A stretch of DNA of 64,000 nucleotides from Podarcis cretensis (Eukaryota): positions 29,946,001-30,010,000 of the forward strand of contig OX638153.1 in the NCBI GenBank assembly GCA_951804945.1, in the 5' to 3' direction. The notes below the pieces were generated by a model that saw only the letters and a program-made list of their open reading frames with translations, did no database searches and had not been told where the DNA came from. How positions within the stretch are numbered: position 1 is the stretch's first letter; each line of letters opens with the position of its first letter. The translations under genes and the position numbers were made by a program. This document shows positions 23,761 to 35,700 of the stretch, in pieces.

Positions 23761-26700
23761 ATTATTTATTTTTTTAAAAAAAAAACAAGCACTCCTAATC
23801 TTATTTATTTATTTTTTTTAAAAGGGGAAGTGCTTCTTCACGCAGCGCATAGTTTGTAACTGCGCGACTCGCGCTCTCAGGAGGCAGTGAGGATGGCCGC
23901 CAACTTGGATGGCTTTCTGAGAGGATTATGCAACGGGGAGGATATAGCTATCCATGGCTACTGGGCACGGTGGCCAAGCTCGGCCTCCCCAGTTGGAGGC
24001 AGCGGCGTTTCTGAAGGCCGGTTGCTGGAAACCACGGGAGGAGAGAGCGCCCTTGTGCTCCTGCTCTGTTCCCTGGTTTCCCGCGGGTGTTTGCTTGGCC
24101 ACTATGAGAGCAGGATGCTGGACTAGATGGGCCATTGGCCTGATCCAGCAGGCTCTTTATGCTCTTAGTTACTTGCGTGTAATTCGAAAGATGCATGGTT
24201 GAGCTGCATTGCAGTGTAAGCAGTACGTTATTATTATTGTTCATTAAGTTTGTTATTCACTTTATCTTGCCAAACAAGCAAACAAACCCCCCCACATAAA
24301 TACATTAAAGCCAGGGTGAGGGTTACATAATAGAAAATCCCATCTACTTCTAAAAGGCAACAGAAGTACAGTAAGCCTCACTGAGGTCAGTGGGACTTTA
24401 CATGAGGATGTAATTGCATAAAAACACAATGAACTTCATAGCTTCAAATAATATAGGGAAAAATGTGTTTTTCCATGCCGGGGAGGGGTAGATATGTCTG
24501 CGCATATTAATTTGAGGTTGTTTGTTTATTGTAGAAGGATAAAAAAGATAAATCTAAAAAGCATAAAATGAAAATTAAAGAAACACCAACAGAGGAGAAC
24601 GAACTGTCTGATACAGAATTGGAACCACCCAAACCAAAGAAAAGTAAGAAAAAGAAAGAAGTTTTTGATGACATTGAAGTCATAATTGCGGAACACAATA
24701 CAACATCCTCCGCCACTAATGGGGTTGGCAACTCAAAAAAGCAGGGTAATACTGAAGAATCAAATACGGAATGTGAGAGTGACCAAGATCAGGTGAGATG
24801 ATACCTTCAGACCTTTAATTTTGTATACTTAATTTCAATGGAATTTCAGTGCAGAAGTTGGGAAAGGTAAGTGTACTAACCCATGTACTGAGGCAAGGTT
24901 TAGTCATAATTCCTTTTCCAAGCACAATTCAAAGTGTTGATAATTTTTGAGTCCTAACATGGTTTGGGACTTGGATACATGAAGGAATTCCTTTCTGTGT
25001 TTCCATGCCCGGGGGCTTAGGTTATCTGTTATCTTTGTGCCATCGCTACCTGAAATGTAGATTGCAATGAGAAAAAGTACCTCCTTGGTGTGACACCCTG
25101 TTAATCTTTTTGTCACCAGATGAAGACTTTTTAAACTTCTCCCAGACTATTTAGGTTCCAAGTTTCAACTGTTTCAATTACTTATATCAATTGCTGGTTT
25201 TAATTGTGATGTTTCATTTTTTGTTATTGTAAAGACTTTATGGTGGTGTTTTGTTGTGGGTCACCCTGGGAAACAACATTTATTTAAGATACTGCCTGAA
25301 GGGAAGTATAGATGAAATAATAGTAATTAAAAGTAGAATGTACCTCATATTTTCATTTCCCAGTCTAGTCCACACATCTGTTTTCCAGCATTGGAAAGTT
25401 CTGTCCAAATATTCCATACATTGGAGATGCAAGGGCATTTTATTAACCTTGGGACTTCAAAGTGCACAGACCCAAGGGTTTGGGTAAACAGGCTGAAGGT
25501 GTCCATTTTCTGAGTTCAGTTTGAGGATAAGGGGCCTTCTTCTTGTAGATGCTATGGCAAAAAATACTCTAACATTGGGGCGGCTAACTCCTAAATTGAC
25601 TGAAACTACAGTAAAACACCACAGTAGGAAAAACAGCAGTAACCTCAAGATGAGTAGCACCAGACTCATTTAAAAACAGCTCATCTGATGTTTAAAAGGT
25701 TGACAATGAAAAGACATAAGAGTTAGTGTTTGGGTAGCATCGCTAGCAAAAGTCCCACAATTGAGGTGATGCAGTCAAAATGTCTATGGTTGCTTTAGAA
25801 GGTGGGGTACCTAGAAGAAAGTCTCTGTAACACAGAACACTGCTGCCAATCCATGTAAATACTGAGATAGATAGACCAGTGGTCTGATTCTCAATGATGT
25901 ACCGTATTTTTCGCTCTATAAGATGCACCAGACCACAAGATGCACCTAGTTTTTGGAGGAGGAAAACAAGAAAAAAAATATTCTGAATCTCAGAAGCCAG
26001 AACAGCAAGAGGGATCGCTGTGCAGTGAAAGCAGCAATCCCTCTTGCTGTTCTGGCTTCTGGGATAGCTGCGCAGCCTGCATTTGCTCCATAAGACGCAC
26101 ACACATTTCCCCTTACTTTTTAGGAGGGAAAAAGTGAGTCTTATAGAGCAAAAAATACGGTAAATAAAGTTTGGAGGCTACCGGACTTTGTATGAGGAAC
26201 TTAAAATAATTTCTTTTATGAATTGTTACTTGGTTCCTGTTCAAGTATGTAGTGCCGTGTCTGAGCCACATCATCAGTGTTTTTCCCTTGTTTAGCTGTA
26301 GTGTTGATAAATTAGGTCTGTTGACAATGCACTTTCAATATAATAGGCTTGCTGTAAGTGTTTTGTACTGAGGTTTCTGTTCTTTTCTTGTTCATCTATA
26401 CTACAAGTTTATGAGAGCCTTATGTACAGGATATCTTTGTATCTCTTGCCTTCCATTCCTTATTTCCCCCCAAGATGTTTGAATCTGTGAAAACATTTAC
26501 CAGATATATTAAACACTTGTTTTTGTTTTCCTTTCGGCACATCTAGCACTTTTTGGAATATTTTAAATTGATTTTGTATAACTAATCTTTTGCATTAAAA
26601 AAATCCCAACAGGAATTGACTGAAGAGCAAAAGGAAGGAGACTTTTCCAACTTTAATCTCTCTAAAGCAACAATTGACCTTCTCAAAGGTGTGTTCTTTA

Positions 26701-29700
26701 AATGTTTACAGTCTGAATCAGAACACTCCTCCTCTTCCCCCCCTCCCTGCCCATTTTCATCTTGCTCTCACCAGGACTGGTTATTTGATTATGTCTTAGA
26801 ACAGTGGCTGAGCAATAGTAGATTAGATTCCATGTAAGTACAGAATGATGCACATTGGAACAATAGTCAAAATTTACAAATACATTCTAATTTGGCTGGA
26901 ACACCAAGGAGAGAGATCTCAGAATCATAGCTGAAAACAGCTTGGTATACAGTGACAATGAAAAAAAAAAAGCATATTTGATACTGAGAATAGAAAATAA
27001 AATGGGAATGAAAATTTCAATATAATAACCAAACTGTTTGTCTGAAATGCCAGTTATAGTAATTCCATGTGTTTTTCTTAAGAAAGAAGTTGACTTAATG
27101 CATAAAAACCTTTCACACCTTTTTGCGGTGGCTATGCAGTGGTAAAGCCTCACAAACTCTAGCACAAATAAATGATATATATACAATTGTAATGTCGTTT
27201 AATTCTGGAAACCTTAACACACCTGATGAAAATGACAAATCAGACAGCTTCTAAACATTTTAGACCAATTTTTAGATCATAATGATTCTCTCCAAACTAC
27301 AGCTCCACCTGAGAATTACCAAACTCTTCTAAATTAAGTGATTAGATTACAGTTTTGTAATATTTCTTGTATACTTCTCTGTGTGGTTCTTCCCCACCCT
27401 GATCATTGTTGCTTCTTTCTATCTTTTAAGTATTTGAAAATATTTTAAAATTCTGTTTGGAATTCTTTACATGATTAAATTTTTTGTATGAGAATTTATC
27501 AGTGTTAATTCTTGAGCATCCAGTGCAAGTTGACTGACTAGATTCAGTTAAGAAAAAAAGAGAACATTTCTTACACGACTCAAAATACATGATATTCATT
27601 TCTTAAATTACAAATTTATATAACTTTGAAGAGAGGTTAGACAGATTCATAGGTGGCCATCAGCTACAATAATTAAATGCAGCTTCCATTTTAAAGAGGC
27701 AATAAACCCGATTACTAAATAATAAAGATAAACAAAGCAGTCATCACATTTGTGTATAGCAAAAGCATCTGGCTAGGTAACTGCTATTAGACAGAATGCT
27801 TGACTAGTAGTACCTTGATCTACATTGGAAATGTAATTAGCAACATATTCAATGAAGCTTCACATCTGTTTCCTCCAATATTTAATTACTCTCATGCTAT
27901 GAATTAGGTTCTTTTCGTATAAGCAATTGTCAACTGTTGAATAATGATGATTTTACATCTTTCTATATAAAAGCCTTAACTGTATTCTTCCACAGCCCGT
28001 GGAGTTACCTACCTGTTTCCAGTTCAAGTAAAGACTTACAAGCATATTTCTGATGGCAAAGATGTAATAGCCCAAGCTCGGACTGGAACTGGGAAAACCT
28101 TCTCTTTTGCCATTCCTTTAATTGAAAAACTTCAGGGAGATCCCCAGGAAAGAAAAAGAGGCCGCACACCAAAGGTGAGTGAAACTGATTTATGCTTCTT
28201 CCCCCTCCCCTGCTGCAGCCCCCAAATTCCCCCAGATGTGCTCCACAAAGTTGGGAGACCCTCCAGAGAAGATTGGGCAGGTAGGAGGAGGAGATTTTCA
28301 CCTATGCAACTCTGAATATCTCCCACCGTGTGTATAATAGTGTATGTTCAGGTAAAAATAAACTTGCAAAAATTCTGAAGATTTAAATAAAAGGATATTT
28401 CAGCCCATAGTTTTACAACACTCAAATAACACTAACTGCATTTCAACAAAATGTTTAGGTTTTGGTCCTCACTCCAACCAGAGAGTTGGCAATGCAAGTA
28501 GCCAGAGACTTCAAAGATGTCACAAGGAAACTCACTGTGGCTTGCTTCTATGGAGGAACAGCATACAATGGACAACGTAAGAAATCACAACAGTGGGTTT
28601 TTTTGCAGTAGTAGCACTTTAAAAAAAGAAAGAAAGAAGGTTATCTGTGTGATTGAGGAGAAAACACCATTAAAATGTGAAGAAATAGTGTTACCTTTAG
28701 ATTAGGCTCTATTACTGCTTGTTACATAAATGTTAGCATTGGTGGTGTGTTATTAGGTGCTAAAGACACATTCACTCTATATCCCTGCTTTTAAAAAGTA
28801 CTTTTTTAAAAAGCTGAAGTGGTACTGGTCCCCCTTTCAAACAAAATAGAACACAACAGTCTGAAGTACAGTCAAACCTCGGCTCCCAAACACCGAAAAT
28901 CCAGAAGTAAGTGTTCTGGTTTTCGAACGTCTTTTGGAAGCTGAATGTCCGATGCCAATCAGAAGCTGTGCCTTGGTTTTCGAATGGTTTCGAGAGTCGA
29001 ACGTGCTGCCGAAACTGATTACGTTCGACAACCAAGGTTTGACTGTACTTCACTGTTTCATTTTTCTTGTGTTCAGAGGTGTGTGGTGAAACCTGAAAGT
29101 TACCTATAGGAAATCAGTGTTGCTTAATAGCTAGGAAGGGATATAAAAAACTGAAGAAAATAATTACAGCTCCGTCCTATGTATTTTTACTTAGGTGGAA
29201 CTGACTTCCACTGTATTCAGTGCAGCTCATTCTAAGGTTAAATAAGCATAGGATGGCTGCCTTAGATTATATCTTAAAGCAAAGGGATTAACGGAAGCAC
29301 TGCCAAATGTCCAAATGTATATTAAAGTTACACATTTTGGAGAGTAGCATGCATGAAGGTTTGGGGCTCTACCAAAGTAGTTTCTGCAAACTTTAGAACA
29401 TTGTCGTAGATATGATCATGTGTCACAGGAAACCGTTTTTTAGAAATGTGCTGCAGAGCTGTTTCATCTTCACATGGCATTTCGTCACAATTCGTGAAAC
29501 TAATTCTTCAGCAATTTAATACATAATCAACATTAACTTTCCTTCTCAGTTGATCTTATGCGTAATGGCATTGACATCCTGGTTGGGACTCCAGGTCGAA
29601 TTAAAGACCATCTTCAAAATAACAAATTGGACATTTCCAATCTAAAGCATGTTGTCCTGGATGAAGTTGACCAGATGTTGGACATGGGATTTGCGGAACA

Positions 29701-32700
29701 AGTAGAGGAAATTTTAGCATATGCTTATAAGAAAGGTAACTACTTCATCTGTTCACCTGTCATGTCAAGCCATAGAGCTCTTTTGTATCCGGATCTGTTT
29801 GCTCAGCAGACACTGTGCTGTCCACCTTAGTCTCTCACCTGAATTGAAAGTACTGTGGAGGATTAGTCAATCTGTAGTGGAGGATTAAATTTGAAAGCAG
29901 TTTAGTCTTACTCTCTTTCAGTGTCAGAGGACTTTAAATATAATTTGAGCCCAGTGCATAATATAGCATATAAATGAAAAAAAATGAGCTATATGTACAT
30001 TGGGTTAAAATTATTATGATACTTTAGTTTTAGATTTAAAAGGTATTTTTAAATACCCAGTGTCACACATTGCTTCTAAAGGGAATGATGCTCTAAAAAG
30101 GTATGGTATGGGGTTGTGTTCTTAATGGCATTTCAATTATTATTTTAATTGGAGCTTATTAAAACTAGAACAGGAAAATGCTCACAAGTAAAGCATGAAA
30201 CACTGGATATACAAAACATGTGCATTCATTTGGGTTTTTATTTTATACTCTACATCTGCTTCTGTTGAATAGTAATACCTTGAGTGCACATGTTGAGAAT
30301 TGATCAGGAAGTAAGAGTGCACAAATGTTAATGTAATTTCATCTCTTATTCTGAGTGGCGCTTTTCCTTTATTATGGATATGATGATTATAGATTTTCCT
30401 GTATTTTTAATGGTGGAAATTAGTTTAATTGCTTTAACTTTGTATGACACAATATTTGTTTTGTGTTAAAGATTCTGAAGACAATCCTCAGACATTACTC
30501 TTTTCTGCAACTTGCCCACATTGGGTTTATGATGTAGCAAAGAAATACATGAAATCTAGATATGAGCAAATTGATCTTATTGGAAAGAAGACTCAAAAGA
30601 CTGCAATGAATGTAGAAGTAAGTAATTTCTTCTAGTGAAACAAGATTAAATTTGTGTGTACCAAGTGTAATTCTTTTTTTAAAAAAGCAAGCAAACTCAC
30701 AGTAAAGATAATTGGGTTGGATCCAAAGTTGGTTATACTTTGGTCAAACTGAAATCAATTGCATTTAAATCATAACTTATGGCCCACTCCTAGGCATGTC
30801 AACTTAGAAGCAAGTCCTGTTGAATTCACTGGGGCTTACTCCCAGGTAAACAGGGCTAAGATTCCAGCCTAACTTGTACCATTGATTTCAGTGGGAGGAA
30901 TGTTCAACTAATTTAGCCTTTAGTCATAGCTTCTTTTCTTGCTAACCAGCATTAATTTCATTTTCTGACAGCATTTGGCTATTGAATGTCATTGGTCCCA
31001 GAGAGCTGCAGTCATTGGAGACGTTATTCAAGTCTACAGTGGTAGTCATGGACGTACCATCATATTTTGTGAGACCAAAAAAGAAGCAACTGAACTGGCC
31101 CTGAATGCCTCAATAAAACAGGTGCAATGACCCTCATTTCTGTAAAGGATTGCTACAAATTCAACTTAGCTTGAACTGTGGGAAAGGATGTCTTGCTTGC
31201 TCTTAGGTGCCTTGCTGAAGTGGATGCCATTTTGGCAGTCTCACAGTGCAAGTATCCTGTTTTCTGCATGAATGTATTTGTGCAGCTATGGATATTTTGG
31301 ACATCACACTTTTCATGAAAAGGGGGAAAAATAGAAAATGAGCATGTCAGAATTCAGGGAAAATATTATTTTGCATCCAAGATCTGTCAGAGCTCATTTA
31401 AATTGCTTTTGGGGTGGGAAGGAAACTGATCCTTGTCATTTCTGCCAATAATCTCCCATTAACTCTGTTTTATGTACTTAGGATGCACAGTCTTTACATG
31501 GTGATATTCCACAAAAGCAGAGAGAAGTTACACTGAAAGGCTTTCGCAATGGATCATTTGGAGTTCTGGTTGCAACCAATGTAGCTGCCCGAGGTTTAGA
31601 TATCCCAGAGGTTGATCTGGTAATACAAAGTTCACCACCAAAGGTAAATTACTAGTTCCTAGTGGAAAGGAGAGAACCCCCTTTAATTGTATGTTCATGT
31701 TGCAGGCCAGAGGTAGCTTACTTAAAGTGACACACAACATTGGATGCCACATGTAGTGTTTTGTGCAATCTGTCTTTCATTTTGCATAGCTAAACACTCT
31801 TGCATGTCAGTAAATGTGAATGTTTGGCTTCTCTGTAGCTTTTTCGTAAGATTAATATAAGCATTTCCCACGACTTTTCATTTGTGAAGGATGTAGAGTC
31901 CTATATTCATCGTTCTGGGCGCACAGGTCGAGCTGGCCGAACTGGGATGTGCATCTGTTTCTATCAGCGCAAGGAAGATTATCAGCTGAGACAAGTAGAA
32001 CAAAAAGCGGTAATTATCTTCTTCCACCATTTTTGTGTCATTTATATGTTGTATATCTAAGCCATTGGCATGTGTCTCCAAGGGTGGCTTTTCACTTGAA
32101 TAATGTACATACTCTTACTCTTATCTTCAGGGGATTACATTTAAACGCGTGGGTGTTCCTACAGCAACGGACATTATTAAGGCTTCCAGTAAAGATGCTC
32201 TCAGGTACTTCATTCTTTGTTTATATTTTGAACTTAATGCAGTGTCGAGCGCATGTCACGAGTTTCCATTAACCATATCTGTCCAAGATCAGATCAGGAT
32301 ATTGACTTAATGAAGACAGATTACAGATTCTGCTTCACAGCCTTCTATTTTAGCTCACAAGAACAGTAGCACTGTTGCACATTTTTGTTTCTTAGCAGCA
32401 TGATAATCAGCACTTTTGTCAGCTGTGGAGAGTATGTATGTGGGTGTGTACTGATTTGATCTGAATATGTCAGGGAAAACTAAGAAACAAATTACTGGAG
32501 GCATACGGGGAAGTTTGGGTAATAATCTAGGGGTTGCATCCAGCTGGTCTTCCCCCTCTCTGTTCTCCATGCTGCTCAAAAAGCTGATGCAGAGGGGTTT
32601 TTTGGGGGGGGGGGACTTGCCTGAACAACATGGGGAGGGGGAAATGATTTATCTACCCACTTCTGTTGTAGTCCAGCATATACTGTTGAGTGGAGCTCCT

Positions 32701-35700
32701 TTAGCCTCTGAATAAACTTTTTGTAGAAGTCAAAGTGGGAAGAGGAGAAGATTATGGAAGTCACCTTCTGTCAGCCATTGGATACAACCCTAGAATTCCA
32801 AAGCTGCAATCCTGTACATGTTCTGAAGTAAGCCCAGAAATAGTGGGGTTTGCTCTCCAGTGTGTATTCAGGATTGCAGCCTTGTTTAAGCTTCAGTATC
32901 TCCTGTGTTATAAAATGTACACTTCTCATTTCAGCAGTTTACATGACACTGACTAATATTTTGCTCAGATCTTTGGATTCCGTTCCTCCATCTGCCATTG
33001 ACCACTTCAGACAGGCAGCTGAACGGCTGATAGAGGAAAAGGGGGCAGTGGAAGCTCTGGCTGCCGCACTGGCTCATATTTCTGGAGCTACTGCCATTGA
33101 ACAGCGTTCTTTGCTCAACTCGGATGCGGTAAATATGGCATGCAGTTGCATAACATTTATATAGTCTAAGATCTATTTTAAGGATAATCCTAGTCAAACT
33201 TTCCTGAAAGGACTCTCCATTATTTGGGTGAGAACACAGTGAAACTGCTGCACCCAAAAGGTCACACACACCCCTCCTGACATACTGAATGTACCAATAC
33301 ATTTTCTTTTTGACAAAGGCCTAGCCAGTGTGGTATAATGGGTAGAGTGTAGGACTGGGACCTGGGAGGTTTCAAGTCCCCACTGGGCCATACAGTTCAC
33401 TCAGTGACGTTGGGTGAGTCACTGCCTTTCAGCCTAGCCTACCTCACAGGGTTGTTGTGGGGATTAAATGGGAGAAGACCACACACGCCACCTTGAACTT
33501 GGAGAAAAAGGTGGGATATAAATGCAACAAACTAAGTAAATGAACGAATAATATGTGAGCCATAATTAAGTGATCGTGCATGGGTCCTATAATTCCTTCT
33601 TTGGCAGGGGATCTTTTCCTCCCACCACCAAGGATAAAACACACACATTCATAGACATTGAATTTTGTGATGGCAACAATATTAACTACTGTTAAGGTTA
33701 TCCAGGATTCTCTTTTAACTGGAATTTGAATGCTGCTTATATCTGCACGGGCCCTAATTGTATGACTGGCCTCCCAATGAGGATGTATTAAGGATATTAA
33801 ATATAGATTGGTTTTATAAAAGCTAAACAGTCTATTTGGAAGTTTCACTGAATTATTGTGGAACCCTTTTTGGACCCTATGTTGTTTTTATTAATAATCA
33901 AATTCTTATACCTCACCCTTCATCTGTGGATCTTAGGGCGGTTCACAGCATAGAAATACAAGATAAAAACACAAAACACATAATAAAAACAAGAAACAAA
34001 ACAATAACCCCAACCCCCTCTCAAAAACACAATATATAGGATGTCAGTCAGCCAAAAGCCTGGTTGAATGGGAATGTTTTCACCTGGAGCCTAAAGTTGT
34101 ATAATGAAGGTGCCAGGGGAATCTCCTCAGGGAAAGCATTTCAGTATAAAGGCCCTGTCACGCATCACCTCCTACCAGACAGCCCCCGTTGACAACATTA
34201 GCAACAAGGCCTCGCCTGATTGTAAGGTCCAAATATGGTTGATACTGGGGAAGGTACTCTATTAGATACTTGGGCCCCAAGCCACTTGGGGCTTTATATA
34301 GGTTAGTACTCTACTAACACCTTGAATTTGGCCTGGTAGTTCACTGACAGCCAGTGTGGTGCTTTCAGGATTGGTAGCACATATTCTTATCAGGCTGCAC
34401 CACTTACAACCTAGCAGCCATTAGTTGTAATGTAAAGACCTTTATTAAAAACTCTTAACAATTAACCGGTTATATCCCTCTGCTGTTACTGTAAATGTCA
34501 ATTGCTGTTTGCTTTTTTAAAGGGTTTTGTGACCATGATTCTTCAGTGTTCAGTAGAAATGCACACCATTGGCTATGCTTGGCGAGGTCTGAAAGAACAG
34601 CTGGGTGAGGACATTGACAGCAAAGTGTCCCGAATGCGCTTTCTTAAGGGGAAGACGGTAAGAAATATTGACCTAGACATTTTGTAGGTATTTGCTAGTT
34701 GAGCATTTTATAGTATTTGTTTTTCCTCATCTGTTCTGATAACATGCAAAGCACAGGTTTTGCACTTGAAAACCAAAATGGTATTGGTGAAATAATATGA
34801 GGATGAATTTTATAATTAGAGTTAGCGTTGTCGTAGGATAGAACATAATACGTTGGAAATATGCAGAGTTGAATCATCACATTTATGTGGCCGTAAGTCC
34901 TAGCTCTCTAACATTGTAAATAGAATATTAATTATGTACTCTTGAATTACTATGAATAAGGATTACAGAGCATGTTGTAACGTTCATAAAATGTTTGGAA
35001 GTAAGGGTTATTTGATTTGCTTTATAAGTGACGGAATAAAATACAAGCACTTCTTTGTGTAGACGTCATACTTTTGCAGGAAATTTTTCAAGTACTGTAC
35101 AGTTATTACTTCTGGTTAATGTTAATGGCTGACAAATCCTTTCATCCTTCTCCATTTGACTTGTGTTTAGTTATTAAAAAAACAGCCATCTGTGTTTTTC
35201 CTCATCACACTATAGTAGGCTTTTCTGGTTCTTAAAGCTGGTCTGTAAAATACTTGGCCTTCGCCAGTACCTGAACTATTCACTTAGATGCTGCTCTATA
35301 ATTTTTTTTGTACAAATCAAATGCCGGCACTTTGTCAGGCACTTACTGTTGCATCTTAATATGTGAACTAATAAGGTTGCCTTCTTCAAAGTGTTGCAGA
35401 TTTCTTTGTTTAATGCCTGACGATCAGTGTCTCTCTTGTATTCAGGGTGTGTGCTTTGATATTCCTGTGGCTGAATTAAATAAAGTACAGGTGAGAAATT
35501 GCTACTTAATGGATTTTAAAGTTTTTTCCACTTTATTATTAATACATAAATGAAGAAATATGACCTGCTATCATTATAAAAACATTAAATTGGAAATGTT
35601 GCATTTTAGGAAGGAAAAAATTGGTTTAAGAAATTTAATCAAGGGGTGAAATGGAACCTGATAGTTTCTACTCTTCTTTATCATTACATACTTCTCATCC

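Noticed and set aside
22599-23777. 261-aa, 174-aa and other ORFs around DDX21 exon 1
   Set aside because: R/P/G/A low-complexity products of a GC-rich island; no recognisable domain.
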